Assembly: GCA_051362555.1 (NCBI GenBank)
Contig: CM120642.1
Coordinates: 372,001 to 436,000, forward strand
Source: Lingula anatina
Lineage: Eukaryota > Animalia > Brachiopoda
DNA length: 64,000 nt
Direction of reading: 5' to 3'
A program made the position numbers and the translations under genes. Numbering within the stretch: the first letter of the stretch is position 1; each line of letters begins with the position of its first letter. Below are positions 63,930-64,000 of this stretch, piece by piece. The notes beneath the pieces are model-generated. The model did not search any database. It was not told where the DNA came from and saw only the letters and a program-made list of their open reading frames with translations.

Positions 63930-64000
63930 TAAATCTTCAAAGGATAACAACGTGACACAGATGGTCCATTTTAAGGTATTTTTCAAACTCTGATAACGAG

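Overview
AT-rich, intron-containing animal genomic DNA; the repeat and gene families suggest a marine invertebrate (lophotrochozoan-like), which is my inference. Bases 1-40 kb are almost entirely transposable-element debris. This includes a deeply nested stack at 9.6-23.8 kb (Academ-like > hAT MITE > internally deleted Polinton/Maverick keeping a ZnF-packaging ATPase > ISL2EU > MITE > P-like element with perfect 31-bp TIRs > Helentron-type HINE > MITE). Further along are a decayed hAT carrying a 5'-truncated L1/Tx1, Harbinger transposase fragments, and a BEL/Pao integrase interrupted by Harbinger MITEs that carry hammerhead-like motifs. Bases 41-64 kb hold two tandem gene pairs on the minus strand: two 5-exon genes for an uncharacterised secreted protein (one frameshifted) and two SLC22 organic-cation-transporter genes (one complete with 9 exons, one cut by the window end). 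In these genes several short local duplications copy splice sites in frame. No prokaryotic features, rRNA, tRNA or CRISPR arrays were seen. All calls come from reading and translating by eye; no database searches were run.
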